IMG/VR virus record: IMGVR_UViG_3300005095_000172
Span: 1 to 64,000 of that record
Direction: 5' to 3' (one strand)
Length of the DNA: 64,000 bases
Source of the DNA: a virus
Taxonomy: Duplodnaviria; Heunggongvirae; Uroviricota; Caudoviricetes
Position 1 is the stretch's first letter. Every line of letters begins with the position of its first letter. A model generated the notes under the pieces. The model had not been told where the DNA came from, ran no database searches, and was given only the letters and a program-made list of their open reading frames with translations. Both the position numbers and the translations under genes were made by a program. Of the stretch, positions 55,284 through 64,000 are shown piece after piece.

Positions 55284-55493
55284 TTAACAATGATTTACAT
55301 CTAATGGATCGTTACCTTCCGGTATTTTCACTATAAATCTTTTATTATTGATTTCTCCGTCAGACCAAACTCCGTCAAACAATCTTACCTTATCGACCCT
55401 TAGAATAGACAAATATTCAGTTGGGTCGAATTCTACTCGGATATACTCATTTCCGTTTTTAGCAAATGTGTGTTCGTGAAATACATTACTCAT
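55284..55493 (-). CDS. hypothetical protein
   Basis: ORF track. Confidence 0.35.
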   Translation of the reverse strand: MSNVFHEHTFAKNGNEYIRVEFDPTEYLSILRVDKVRLFDGVWSDGEINNKRFIVKIPEGNDPLDVNHC

Positions 55494-56056
55494 GTGGTTC
55501 TACTTTCCACGATTTCTATAATTTTACTAACAGCGTCTTCACTCATTTCCACCGAATAATAATCAATACCGTATTCTTCTAGAGTTTGTTTAATTTCTTT
55601 GTCTTTCTGTATAGCTTCTTCTAAAGTTTGATTTCTTCCATATTCTTGATACCCATGTTCTTCAAGATTTCTTTCTAAGAAAATATTAATGGTGTGATAA
55701 GATTTCCACATAGAAACTAATAAATTCTTGAATTCTTCTTTTGGTAAGTGCGGGTTGTCTTGTAAATAAACTAAACCAAGGAAAAACGGTCCATCATTTA
55801 CTGTATAATCAACTTGTCCTTCGAGTTTAAACCAAGGATGTGATTGTTTTGCTAAAATCATAACTTGGTCTTTGATTTTAAAATGGTCTTTACTATATGT
55901 TAAATCCTTTGCGTATTCTGGCACATATTCAATGCTATATCCTTCTTTTTTCATTTGATGGAAGACCCCAGTAGAGATAGTGCTTTTTCCCGTTCCTGGT
56001 CCTCCAAACAAGCATATATTCAATAACTTTCTATCTGTTTGCTTCACAATTTTCAC
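55490..56056 (-). CDS. P-loop kinase (AAA_28 / NadR ribosylnicotinamide-kinase-like)
   Basis: Walker A 'LFGGPGTGKSTIS'; small kinase-sized; fits the NAD salvage theme. Confidence 0.4.
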   Translation of the reverse strand: MKIVKQTDRKLLNICLFGGPGTGKSTISTGVFHQMKKEGYSIEYVPEYAKDLTYSKDHFKIKDQVMILAKQSHPWFKLEGQVDYTVNDGPFFLGLVYLQDNPHLPKEEFKNLLVSMWKSYHTINIFLERNLEEHGYQEYGRNQTLEEAIQKDKEIKQTLEEYGIDYYSVEMSEDAVSKIIEIVESRTT

Positions 56057-56237
56057 CTAATTTTATAATTTTTCCTGTTCCAGAGCATCTACTACATATA
56101 TCAGACTCTGGCTCCCCGAATGCTCCGTGCCCGTGTATCACACCAGAACCATTGCAATATTCACAAACATTTACAACAATTATTCCACGTTTTATAAGTT
56201 TAGAAAGTTTCACTTTCTTTTGATTATCTTTACTCAT
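56031..56237 (-). CDS. zinc-ribbon protein
   Basis: 'CEYCNGSG...CSRCSGTG'. Confidence 0.35.
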   Translation of the reverse strand: MSKDNQKKVKLSKLIKRGIIVVNVCEYCNGSGVIHGHGAFGEPESDICSRCSGTGKIIKLGENCEANR

Positions 56238-57042
56238 AATACCAGCCTTCTTCCTTTAGAAGTTCTTTCGCTTCTTCTGTGCTTAGTTCGATTGCTTCTC
56301 CTTTAACATAAGGAGTGTCGATTTTAATGGTGGTTTCACCAGCAAAGCCGTCTTTCTTGAAATATAAAGGTTCAACTTCAAAAGACCTAAGACCAATCAT
56401 AGTTCTTTTATTTGGGACTGATTCAGGCACACCATGAAGACATTTAGTGTTGTCGAAAATTAATACATCACCGACACCTAAATTCAATTCCTTTTCTTCA
56501 CCATTACTGTCAATTATCTTAAGACCACCACCGTCGTTTTCATTTTCTAAGACGATTACCATTACTAATCTAGGAATTAACCCTTCTTCCAACTTAATAT
56601 ATTCTTTATCCCATTCACCTTTGAATATTTCTGCGTCGAAGTGGTAAGGCAGAGAATTGTCATACCCAGATTTATATTTCTGGTAATTCACCAGTACTTT
56701 TGTATCTAGTGGAATTTTATTGTATTCACCATAAAGAAAATTACTAAGAACACCAAAATATAAATACATGAGTTCTTCTACTCCTTGGATTTCAGAAGAC
56801 ATAAGAAACGGGGCAGTGTCAGGGGTTTCTAATGAGACCAATACAGCGTCTCCTCTTCTACCTTTTGTATCTTCTCTTTTTCTAAATAATTTTCTTTCTA
56901 CAAAATCTTCAGAGTATTCATTTTCAATAGAAGGAATTGTCTCTTCTAATAGAATCTTTATTCCAGGTTCTCCAACTCCATTTCTTTCTATATGGAACCC
57001 GCTTTCTTTCAAATTGTTTATTATTTCATTAACATAGCCCAT
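56230..57042 (-). CDS. possible 2OG-Fe(II) oxygenase-fold protein
   Basis: 'LPYHFDAE' (HxD) ... 'KCLHGVP' ... 'GLRSF'; weak. Confidence 0.3.
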   Translation of the reverse strand: MGYVNEIINNLKESGFHIERNGVGEPGIKILLEETIPSIENEYSEDFVERKLFRKREDTKGRRGDAVLVSLETPDTAPFLMSSEIQGVEELMYLYFGVLSNFLYGEYNKIPLDTKVLVNYQKYKSGYDNSLPYHFDAEIFKGEWDKEYIKLEEGLIPRLVMVIVLENENDGGGLKIIDSNGEEKELNLGVGDVLIFDNTKCLHGVPESVPNKRTMIGLRSFEVEPLYFKKDGFAGETTIKIDTPYVKGEAIELSTEEAKELLKEEGWYYE

Positions 57043-57096
57043 TAAATCTTCTCCACTTGGTAGTTCTTAATTACTGAAGGAAATTTCAAGTAGAAA

Positions 57097-57312
57097 CTAC
57101 TCTTTATTTTCCAATAATATAGCTTTCATTTCATCAGGAAGAAGTTCTTCTGGACCTTCTTCAGTGAACTTTAGAAAGATTTCATTTTCTAAAAACTTAG
57201 TTTTCCCATACAAGTTGTTTTCTAGGACTGTAGTATTAATGGGAAACTCTGGTTCCCCACATTCCATACTCACATACACTTCCCCATCAATAGTAATTTC
57301 ATAAATTTCCAT
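57097..57312 (-). CDS. hypothetical protein
   Basis: ORF track. Confidence 0.35.
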   Translation of the reverse strand: MEIYEITIDGEVYVSMECGEPEFPINTTVLENNLYGKTKFLENEIFLKFTEEGPEELLPDEMKAILLENKE

Positions 57313-59384
57313 TACTCAACCTCGATATTGAATTTTCTGAAACTAGATTGCTCAATAGAATAGATGAATTCATCAGAACCACTGATTGGTATAGTTAGGT
57401 TAAAATCAACTTCTGATAATTTACTTTTCTTTTGGCAAATATAAGCTAACACCAAAGAAGCATACTCATATAATAGGTTAGAACCGACAGGAACATGGTA
57501 TTTCTTAAAAATATTATTCACACCTTTGATGTTTTTACCGTAAGAAGGAATTCCTTCTGATATGATCAGTTCACTGTAAAAATCGACAAGTTCTTTAAAG
57601 AAATCGTGTGTATCATCCAAATCAGGGAAGACAATTTCATCATCAGCATTTAATCCAATTTTTTGATGGAGTTTATTTTCAAGAACTTGATACCCTTGAG
57701 CACCATTGAAATCATACAAGTGGAGGTTAGTAACGTGGTGGTTGTAAGAACCAAGAGACACTTCTGGGTCAATCTCGTCTTGGATAGATTGTAGAATCAT
57801 TTCTTGTAGGAATGTCCATTCAAAAATATTTATACTCCCCCAACCCCAAATTACATCACCTGACCGAGACTTAACATTCATATGTAGTCTTTTATCAGGA
57901 GTGACAAAAAAGTCCATGGCCATGTTGCAATTATGAACAATCCAACCACCAGATTTAAGAATAAAATTATGATTATCTTCAACGGTAATATCGAAAACGC
58001 CAACAGATTCTTCCACATATTCTACGCCTATGACCTTAATGAACCCCATTGAAGTGTCTGAATTTTCTTTAATTCTTCTTTCAAATACTTTATGGTCACC
58101 GATTCTATTTTTTAATTGGTGTTTGAAATTCTTCCAAGAACCAAATTTATCAACTATCCTTGTTAAAGAAGGAAATCCCATGGTACCAAGATTTTTATTT
58201 GCGTAATCATAAGAAAGAGTTTCCAATTCTTCTATTCTCTTTTCGAAGATGTCTAAAATTTCTTCTTTCGAAAGTCCTTTAAACATTAGCCCGTGAGAAT
58301 ATCCAGGATTTTGTCTATTGGCTTCGACTTTCTTTTCAATAACCTTCTTATTTCTGCTTGGATTATTTAGTAATTTATGAATTCTATTGTGTTCACTTTC
58401 TGTCAACAGCTCTAAATTTTCCTTAGAATTATCAAAATGATCTCCATTTTTATGATGAACAGTCATCCCTTCTGGAATTTCTCCATAAAAGTATTCAAAT
58501 GAATCTCTATGCCAAGAGGTCAAATTCGAGAATCTCTTATTTTCTCTTAAATTCTTTTTAATCAAACCACCGTTCTCATGAATTGGAGTCGAAAGTATAT
58601 AGTCACCTATTTCGATTTCAGATGCTTTTTTCTGTATTACGGTGTATGGTTGTCTGCTCCTTCCAACAAAAGAATATTCTTTCATATACATAGAATGATC
58701 TTCAGTAACACAAACCTCATCTCCGTTACTTAATGTGATCTTTAAGTATCTACTCACGTCTTTTGTTTTACCAGACCACTCAACTCTTTTTAGTTCCACG
58801 CATTCTGAACTTTCGTTATAAGAGTAAACCAAATCTTCAGTTGTTACTTCAGATATTCTTTTATACCCTGAGTTCGTGAGAATTTCTGTATGAGAAAGGA
58901 AACAAGGTTTGTCCAATGTTTTATCAAGCCCATACACATTCTCCAAACTTTCTTTAGTATCCAAGTTAGGGTCACCAATGTAAAGAGTAGCTCTTCTTGT
59001 ATAAATTCCTTCGTTTCTAAATTGTTCAATCACGTCATCTAATTGATTACCGTTCTTAATTCTTTCAGGATAACCTCCACGCCAATTTTTTCCGTCATCT
59101 GAAAAGTCTTTTGCTCTTGGTAAGAAAAACGATAGATAAGGGTCTATTCCATTGGACCCAGCGAATACCCAAAAAGTTTCTGCGATAGAAGCAAAAATAT
59201 TATTCTTTCTTCCATTCAGTGAAAGGTGTCTAGCCTTTGGATTTTCGATAGTAGAGAAGAAGTTATAGATAGTGTTGATGTCTCCATTCCTTGATTTTGT
59301 TCTATAACCATTGTAGATTAATTCTTCTAACGCTTTCAAGACAGCGTCGTTTATTGTCTTTCCTTCTATAAAGGTAGGCTTCAT
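57312..59384 (-). CDS. thymidylate synthase-family enzyme (ThyA or dNMP hydroxymethylase) carrying an HNH intein at the catalytic Cys
   Basis: Exteins 'IFASIAETFWVFAGSNG' and 'LDKP|C..NMAMDFFV..RSGDVIWGWGSINIFEWTFL' align to the TS 'ELLWF..G', 'PCHxxxQFYV', 'RSxDxxLGxPFN' regions. The intervening 325 aa have intein blocks. Confidence 0.8.
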   Translation of the reverse strand: MKPTFIEGKTINDAVLKALEELIYNGYRTKSRNGDINTIYNFFSTIENPKARHLSLNGRKNNIFASIAETFWVFAGSNGIDPYLSFFLPRAKDFSDDGKNWRGGYPERIKNGNQLDDVIEQFRNEGIYTRRATLYIGDPNLDTKESLENVYGLDKTLDKPCFLSHTEILTNSGYKRISEVTTEDLVYSYNESSECVELKRVEWSGKTKDVSRYLKITLSNGDEVCVTEDHSMYMKEYSFVGRSRQPYTVIQKKASEIEIGDYILSTPIHENGGLIKKNLRENKRFSNLTSWHRDSFEYFYGEIPEGMTVHHKNGDHFDNSKENLELLTESEHNRIHKLLNNPSRNKKVIEKKVEANRQNPGYSHGLMFKGLSKEEILDIFEKRIEELETLSYDYANKNLGTMGFPSLTRIVDKFGSWKNFKHQLKNRIGDHKVFERRIKENSDTSMGFIKVIGVEYVEESVGVFDITVEDNHNFILKSGGWIVHNCNMAMDFFVTPDKRLHMNVKSRSGDVIWGWGSINIFEWTFLQEMILQSIQDEIDPEVSLGSYNHHVTNLHLYDFNGAQGYQVLENKLHQKIGLNADDEIVFPDLDDTHDFFKELVDFYSELIISEGIPSYGKNIKGVNNIFKKYHVPVGSNLLYEYASLVLAYICQKKSKLSEVDFNLTIPISGSDEFIYSIEQSSFRKFNIEVE
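57930..58904 (-). mobile_element. intein (325 aa) with an HNH homing-endonuclease domain, inserted at the TS-family active-site Cys
   Basis: Begins 'CFLSHTEILT', block B 'TEDHSMY', HNH 'HHKNGDHFDN...EHNRIH', ends 'VEDNHNFILKSGGWIVHN' + C. Confidence 0.8.
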
Positions 59385-59448
59385 TCAATTTTCTCCTGTT
59401 TTCATTTATAAAGTTATTTTATTGTATAAAAGTTTTCTTAATTGGAAC

Positions 59449-60549
59449 TTATTTCCAACCCATTTCTTTTGCAAGTTTATATCTTCTTGAAGTGAATGAT
59501 TTAAACTTCAAAATCTCACTTTCATCCACACCATGTTTTCTTAGTTCTGATTTCATTTCTTCATAGACAACTTTCGGTGATCTGAAGAAGTTTTCCTTTG
59601 TTAAGAATTCTCCAACTTTACTTTTGATAAATTTTCTTCTTCTCGTTTCTTCTATGCTGAACTTTTTTCTCTTTTTAGGAAGTACTGAAGTAAAATTCAA
59701 CTTTTCTTGTAGTTCTTCAAATGAATACTTAGGAATTAAGTTTATCATTTTAAAGAATTTCAAGTAATTTGTCTCAGACCTGATTGCCCAAGGTCTCACA
59801 GATTGTTTATAGTCATTGATTGAGTGAGATTGATTAGAATATTCTGAATGAATTATGTTGTGCGCAACTGGGTTAATCATAATCATCCCAAAGAATTCAG
59901 TAAGCTCTTCAACGCATTCTTGTGAAGATAAATCAATATTCCTCAGTAAATCACTAGGGTTCTTTTCTCCCTTAATCACGCTATGTCCATATTGGCTCAC
60001 TTCCATATGATGGAGGTCAAATGTGAATGAATTTTTTGTTGGGGATTTTGTTAAGAACGGGTCAATGTTAGTGAAGAATGGAATACCGCTAATTGGACAT
60101 CGTTGTTCCATGATATTCTTCTTACCAAAATACATACAGGAAAGGACTTCCATATTTTTCAGTCTTCTTTCGTCCCTTGAATTTAATGAAATTTCAGTAC
60201 CGTCATTCAAGACAACTTTATATTTGTCTTTAGAAATTCTCACATACTCTTTGAAGTCTTTTAAAGTGTATTTCGTCTTGAAATACTTATTGTATTTTAA
60301 AATAATTCTCTGAGCATCTTTTCCGACAGCGTTGATATTTGTGGTTCTATTTTCTTTAGAGAAGAGTTTTTGCAAGTCAGTTTCTTTATTCAAAAACTTC
60401 AAAACTGACTTTCTGTTATAAGTATGTAGTGGGTCGTATTTTCCTAATACAATATCCACACTTTCAGTAAGAGTATGTCCTTGGATAAGTTTTTCTTCAA
60501 TTTCTTTTACGATTTTTTCGTCAATAAATTCTGGAATAGAAATCTTCAT
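59449..60549 (-). CDS. putative free-standing HNH-type endonuclease
   Basis: 'FDLHHME...N...NPVAHNIIH' HNH-like His/Asn spacing; large N-terminal region of unknown function. Confidence 0.35.
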   Translation of the reverse strand: MKISIPEFIDEKIVKEIEEKLIQGHTLTESVDIVLGKYDPLHTYNRKSVLKFLNKETDLQKLFSKENRTTNINAVGKDAQRIILKYNKYFKTKYTLKDFKEYVRISKDKYKVVLNDGTEISLNSRDERRLKNMEVLSCMYFGKKNIMEQRCPISGIPFFTNIDPFLTKSPTKNSFTFDLHHMEVSQYGHSVIKGEKNPSDLLRNIDLSSQECVEELTEFFGMIMINPVAHNIIHSEYSNQSHSINDYKQSVRPWAIRSETNYLKFFKMINLIPKYSFEELQEKLNFTSVLPKKRKKFSIEETRRRKFIKSKVGEFLTKENFFRSPKVVYEEMKSELRKHGVDESEILKFKSFTSRRYKLAKEMGWK

Positions 60550-60602
60550 TTATTTCCTTTTTACAAATTGAAGAATTATACTATAATTGACTTAATCTTT
60601 AC

Positions 60603-61538
60603 TTAAAAATTCTCTCCGAGGTCTTCTTCTATAATCACACATTCTTTAAGCATCTTATCTATATTACTTCTTATTTCAGACTTCTTAAGTTTACCGAAAT
60701 GCGTCTTTTTATGTATAGTACCTAGCTTATGATCATATAAAGTGTATTCGTGTTTAGGGAAGGTCACTTCACCTAATTCTTCCAACACTTCATCAGGAGT
60801 CTTCTTAGAGTTCAGTGCTGCGTCCATGATAGCTTCACTCCATCTTAACGCAGATTCCATCTCATTGATTTCTAGTGTGCTAAAGAAATGTCTGAATTCT
60901 ACTGTACCGACATATTTTAATTGAAATAGGTTAATTCCAGTCCTATTGACAAAATGCCAATTATACCCACCATCTTTATTTTTACTTACATATGATTGGA
61001 AATATTCTTCCATAGTTCGTGCTTTCATCATTTTATCAAAGATAGCTTCTGAAATAGGGTGACCATTTTGTTTCTTTCTGAATTTATCGTATTTCTTCGC
61101 TGCTTCGTATGCTGCTCTAGAATATTTTTTCCTAGATGGTTCAACGAATTCTCTAGTAATTTCTAGGATTCTTTCTTGATGTTCAAAGAAATACTTTGTG
61201 ATATCCTTCACCGTTTCCAAATCTTCAGATAATCCAGGTACTCCTACATGAACATGGAAGTCGCAAGTATGGTTAATATTTTTCCTTGGTAGTAGCTCAA
61301 GAATTTCTTTGATATTCTTTACTTGTTCCTCTATTGTATCTGTTGGCGTTACATTAACCTCTCCGCCAAGAGAAACCATTTTCTTAGTATTGTCCACCCC
61401 AAGCCCAGAAGAATTAACTAAAGTGTTCTCTTCCCTATTCCATTGCCCTAGATGACCAAGTTCTATTCTTTGGTCAGTATCGACTAATTCCAGTTCACTA
61501 CCAAATGTGAAGATTTCTTTCGGGTATTTTACAGCCAT
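60603..61538 (-). CDS. putative amidoligase (glutamine-synthetase / GCS2-like carboxylate-amine ligase fold)
   Basis: N-terminal 'FTFGSELELVD' metal-binding ExE strand motif typical of the GS/GCS2 'phage amidoligase' family. Confidence 0.4.
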   Translation of the reverse strand: MAVKYPKEIFTFGSELELVDTDQRIELGHLGQWNREENTLVNSSGLGVDNTKKMVSLGGEVNVTPTDTIEEQVKNIKEILELLPRKNINHTCDFHVHVGVPGLSEDLETVKDITKYFFEHQERILEITREFVEPSRKKYSRAAYEAAKKYDKFRKKQNGHPISEAIFDKMMKARTMEEYFQSYVSKNKDGGYNWHFVNRTGINLFQLKYVGTVEFRHFFSTLEINEMESALRWSEAIMDAALNSKKTPDEVLEELGEVTFPKHEYTLYDHKLGTIHKKTHFGKLKKSEIRSNIDKMLKECVIIEEDLGENF

Positions 61539-62206
61539 TCATCCATCCCAGAATTATTTTCTTCTTCGTTATGAACATAGTCATAGTCAAAATAACTTTT
61601 CACCAGAACTTCTTTAGGGGCTTGCCAATCAATTTGAACTACTCTATCGTTTTCTTTGACTTGTTCCTTAAATGCTTCTCCGCATTTTCTGATAACTTCA
61701 TTATCTTTCCACCCAGGAGAATTTTCAGCCCAATCCAATCCTCTATTCTTTCCGGTTCTTCCGTTGGTTCTTTCAATAAAGTCTTGAATATCGTTATAGT
61801 ATGTATATAGATTGTGTACCTCAGTAGCACCATACTCTCTTAATTTTTCTGGGCCACCTTGAATACTTCTATTGTTGAAATACCCTTCCATGAAAACAGT
61901 TTCTACATCATCATTTTCTGAAAGTTCTTTAATGAAGTTTAGTCTATGTTCCCATTTACTTAGGTATGCTGTATCTAGCGAAACCCATCCATCACGATCT
62001 TTAGTGAACTTACCAAATACAAGCCACCCGTTACTAAACAATAATCCAACTTGTTCGACTTTAGGTTCTTTACCCTTTCTTTCTATTTCATAATAAAATG
62101 GTTCATAGCTAAATTCACTCATCAGATAATCAACTAATACCTTTGTTCTAGTAGATTTTCCAACTCCATTAGAACCCATATAATTAATAACTCTCAATTT
62201 TCCCAT
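61529..62206 (-). CDS. P-loop kinase/NTPase (candidate nucleotide or DNA-base kinase)
   Basis: Walker A 'YMGSNGVGKSTRT'. Confidence 0.45.
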   Translation of the reverse strand: MGKLRVINYMGSNGVGKSTRTKVLVDYLMSEFSYEPFYYEIERKGKEPKVEQVGLLFSNGWLVFGKFTKDRDGWVSLDTAYLSKWEHRLNFIKELSENDDVETVFMEGYFNNRSIQGGPEKLREYGATEVHNLYTYYNDIQDFIERTNGRTGKNRGLDWAENSPGWKDNEVIRKCGEAFKEQVKENDRVVQIDWQAPKEVLVKSYFDYDYVHNEEENNSGMDEWL

Positions 62207-62218
62207 TAGAATCTCCTT

Positions 62219-63211
62219 TTAAACCCATTCTTCAATCGAAGAAGTGTTTAGAATTTTTATTTTATCTTCAAATGGAAATTTAAATTTTTCCTTCTGAATT
62301 CCATCATTATTTACGAACCTTTTATCTAAAAGTTCTTCACGTGCTTCCCAAAGTATAGACCAATCTACTCCGTCGAATCCATTATTTTCTATAGATTTGA
62401 TATCTTCAGCCTGTCTATCTAAGTAATACCCAATATATCTACTATCTCTTTCCCTGAACAACTTTTTATACGCACAAGAAACAGTTTCTATCAAAAATGG
62501 GTCTACTTCCACGCCATCATTAATAAGTTCTTCCTGAAGTCTTTTTGTGTTAGCTTCAAGCCATTCTTTGTCTTCTTTAGAGAATTTATAGACTTTCTTT
62601 TTTCTTTTCCCATCTTCAATATAACGCTCTTTAGTAGCCCATTCGTCTTTTCCGAATGCTTTACATAACCCATGAGTATGACTTTCAGCGTTAGATTCTC
62701 CAAGAAATAAACGGTCTGGCTCTATTTTATAACCAGCTACTTGTTTCAGCATTTGTACCCAATTCCATACACTAAATCTACCAAAGTGGTCTATAGACTT
62801 ATACAATTCTTCCCAAATTGTATTGAAATTACTACTCGCTTCTCCTTTCAATAAATCGTCAAAGAAATCCTTTTGGCTATCACCAACAAGCTTCTTATAA
62901 GAAATGATCGTATCTGGGAGATATTTTCTTTGTTTAAGTTTATCTCGTTGAAACGGACAAAGCTTTTGAACATCTTTCCACCAATTTCTTAGTTTTGTCT
63001 CTCCAACGAGTTCTAAATCTGGGTATTCATTAAAAAGGAGGTATGCTGTAGGAAGATGATAAGTAATGCTATTCAAGAAACAAAACCAAAGAATTTGATC
63101 TTCATTCATTTCCAATCTATCAACAAGATAGTTACTCATCCAAATATTTGGATCTATGTCTTTTACCCTAAGTGAATTTTTATAGAATTCTTTAAAGCTT
63201 TCTTCTCTCAT
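62219..63211 (-). CDS. hypothetical protein (member of the modification-like cluster)
   Basis: ORF track; translationally coupled to the GATase gene. Confidence 0.45.
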   Translation of the reverse strand: MREESFKEFYKNSLRVKDIDPNIWMSNYLVDRLEMNEDQILWFCFLNSITYHLPTAYLLFNEYPDLELVGETKLRNWWKDVQKLCPFQRDKLKQRKYLPDTIISYKKLVGDSQKDFFDDLLKGEASSNFNTIWEELYKSIDHFGRFSVWNWVQMLKQVAGYKIEPDRLFLGESNAESHTHGLCKAFGKDEWATKERYIEDGKRKKKVYKFSKEDKEWLEANTKRLQEELINDGVEVDPFLIETVSCAYKKLFRERDSRYIGYYLDRQAEDIKSIENNGFDGVDWSILWEAREELLDKRFVNNDGIQKEKFKFPFEDKIKILNTSSIEEWV

Positions 63212-63843
63212 CCCATATCCCTATGGATTTTTTCATCTGAATTAGGAAGTACCTTTTCTATACTTTCATCTTTAAACCCAGCTCTTTTTAAGATATTTCT
63301 AGTACTAGCGATAATGTAGCCGTTTTCTAGCGTACCTTTCCATTGTGGTCTAAGACCATTTCTAGAGTTAGATATATTCCCATCTTTATCAAGTGAAACA
63401 ACAGAAACACTACACCCTTTATAGTCTTCATTGTAGTTTCTATTGTTTTTCAAGCAGTTCCAAAGGATTTCTGTATCGTTTCTTGTTTTATAGGAGTATC
63501 TCTTATCCCAATTTTCAGGTCCTTCTTGAGAAATGACTCCATTATGAACTATACAAAATTCATTATCGCCTATTGGTTGATTGAATTTTAAATCAGATGT
63601 ACTATATCTAATGTGTCCTATTAAAGAAAGTTCATCATTTACGATACATTGTTCAAAAGAAAAGTCTTTTAAGAATTCTGAAATGGTGATTGGTTTCGAG
63701 ACTATGCTTATATCTTTCCCATTAAACCAAGCTACGCCAGATGCGTGTTTTCCTCTAATTTCAGTTTCGAGGAAAACTCTTTTAAGGAGTTCAATATCAC
63801 TATTTTTTGGGGAGCTGATTTTAGCTCCTACTACACCGCACAT
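63208..63843 (-). CDS. class II (Ntn) glutamine amidotransferase domain protein
   Basis: N-terminal 'MCGVVG' catalytic-Cys start, as in GlmS/PurF/AsnB GATase domains. Confidence 0.65.
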   Translation of the reverse strand: MCGVVGAKISSPKNSDIELLKRVFLETEIRGKHASGVAWFNGKDISIVSKPITISEFLKDFSFEQCIVNDELSLIGHIRYSTSDLKFNQPIGDNEFCIVHNGVISQEGPENWDKRYSYKTRNDTEILWNCLKNNRNYNEDYKGCSVSVVSLDKDGNISNSRNGLRPQWKGTLENGYIIASTRNILKRAGFKDESIEKVLPNSDEKIHRDMG

Positions 63844-64000
63844 CTATTTTCCGCTTAAATCTGTAATTTCTTTTTCGATATTGTTATTTTCATCCATAAT
63901 CAGAACAGCAGGAACTAATTCATCTGCTTCCATTGGGGTCATTGAACCATATGCGATAACAATAATCTTGTCTCCTGGTTCAACCAACCTTGCCGCAGCA
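63844..64000 (-). CDS. PanD-like pyruvoyl-dependent aspartate alpha-decarboxylase, C-terminal part (truncated by the window edge)
   Basis: '[39 protein letters not shown]' versus E. coli PanD '[39 protein letters not shown]'. Confidence 0.6.
   Translation of the reverse strand, partial: AAARLVEPGDKIIVIAYGSMTPMEADELVPAVLIMDENNNIEKEITDLSGK

Noticed and set aside
1-64000. Search for CRISPR arrays, tRNA or rRNA genes
   Set aside because: I found no direct-repeat/spacer arrays, no rRNA-like regions and no cloverleaf-compatible ~75-nt segments in the few ORF-free gaps, which are occupied by the promoter repeats and the IS ends. I cannot fully exclude a tRNA without running a covariance-model scan.

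Overview
This is an AT-rich (about 30% GC), densely packed segment of a large T4-like lytic phage. Transcription is almost entirely on the minus strand; the single convincing plus-strand gene is a Lys/Ala-rich histone-H1-like protein at 3334-3597. I recognise T4-type replication and recombination proteins: gp32 SSB, RNase H/FEN, gp61-like primase, a gp45-like clamp and the UvsW helicase. I also see RNA end-healing and sealing enzymes: an HD-domain/Pnk-kinase fusion, Rnl1, an Rnl2-like ligase and a Thg1-like 3'-5' polymerase. A NAD+ salvage set is present (NadV, NMN adenylyltransferase, NAD kinase, Nudix, an RNK-like kinase), along with a GGDEF diguanylate cyclase and an SLT-domain lipoprotein. 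At the right end there is a nucleotide/DNA-modification candidate cluster: a thymidylate-synthase-family enzyme, dNMP and P-loop kinases, a GS-like amidoligase, a class II GATase and a PanD-like decarboxylase. Mobile and selfish elements are prominent. An IS607-type tnpA/tnpB element is inserted inside one copy of a promoter element that recurs about 20 times. There are free-standing HNH nucleases, an HNH intein sitting exactly on the catalytic Cys of the TS-family gene, and a uvsW gene fractured by a split intein with two nuclease-like ORFs between the halves. I also note two GC-richer islands that look foreign and three genes broken exactly at simple-sequence tracts ((GA)n, T4, A6). I saw no rRNA, tRNA or CRISPR array.
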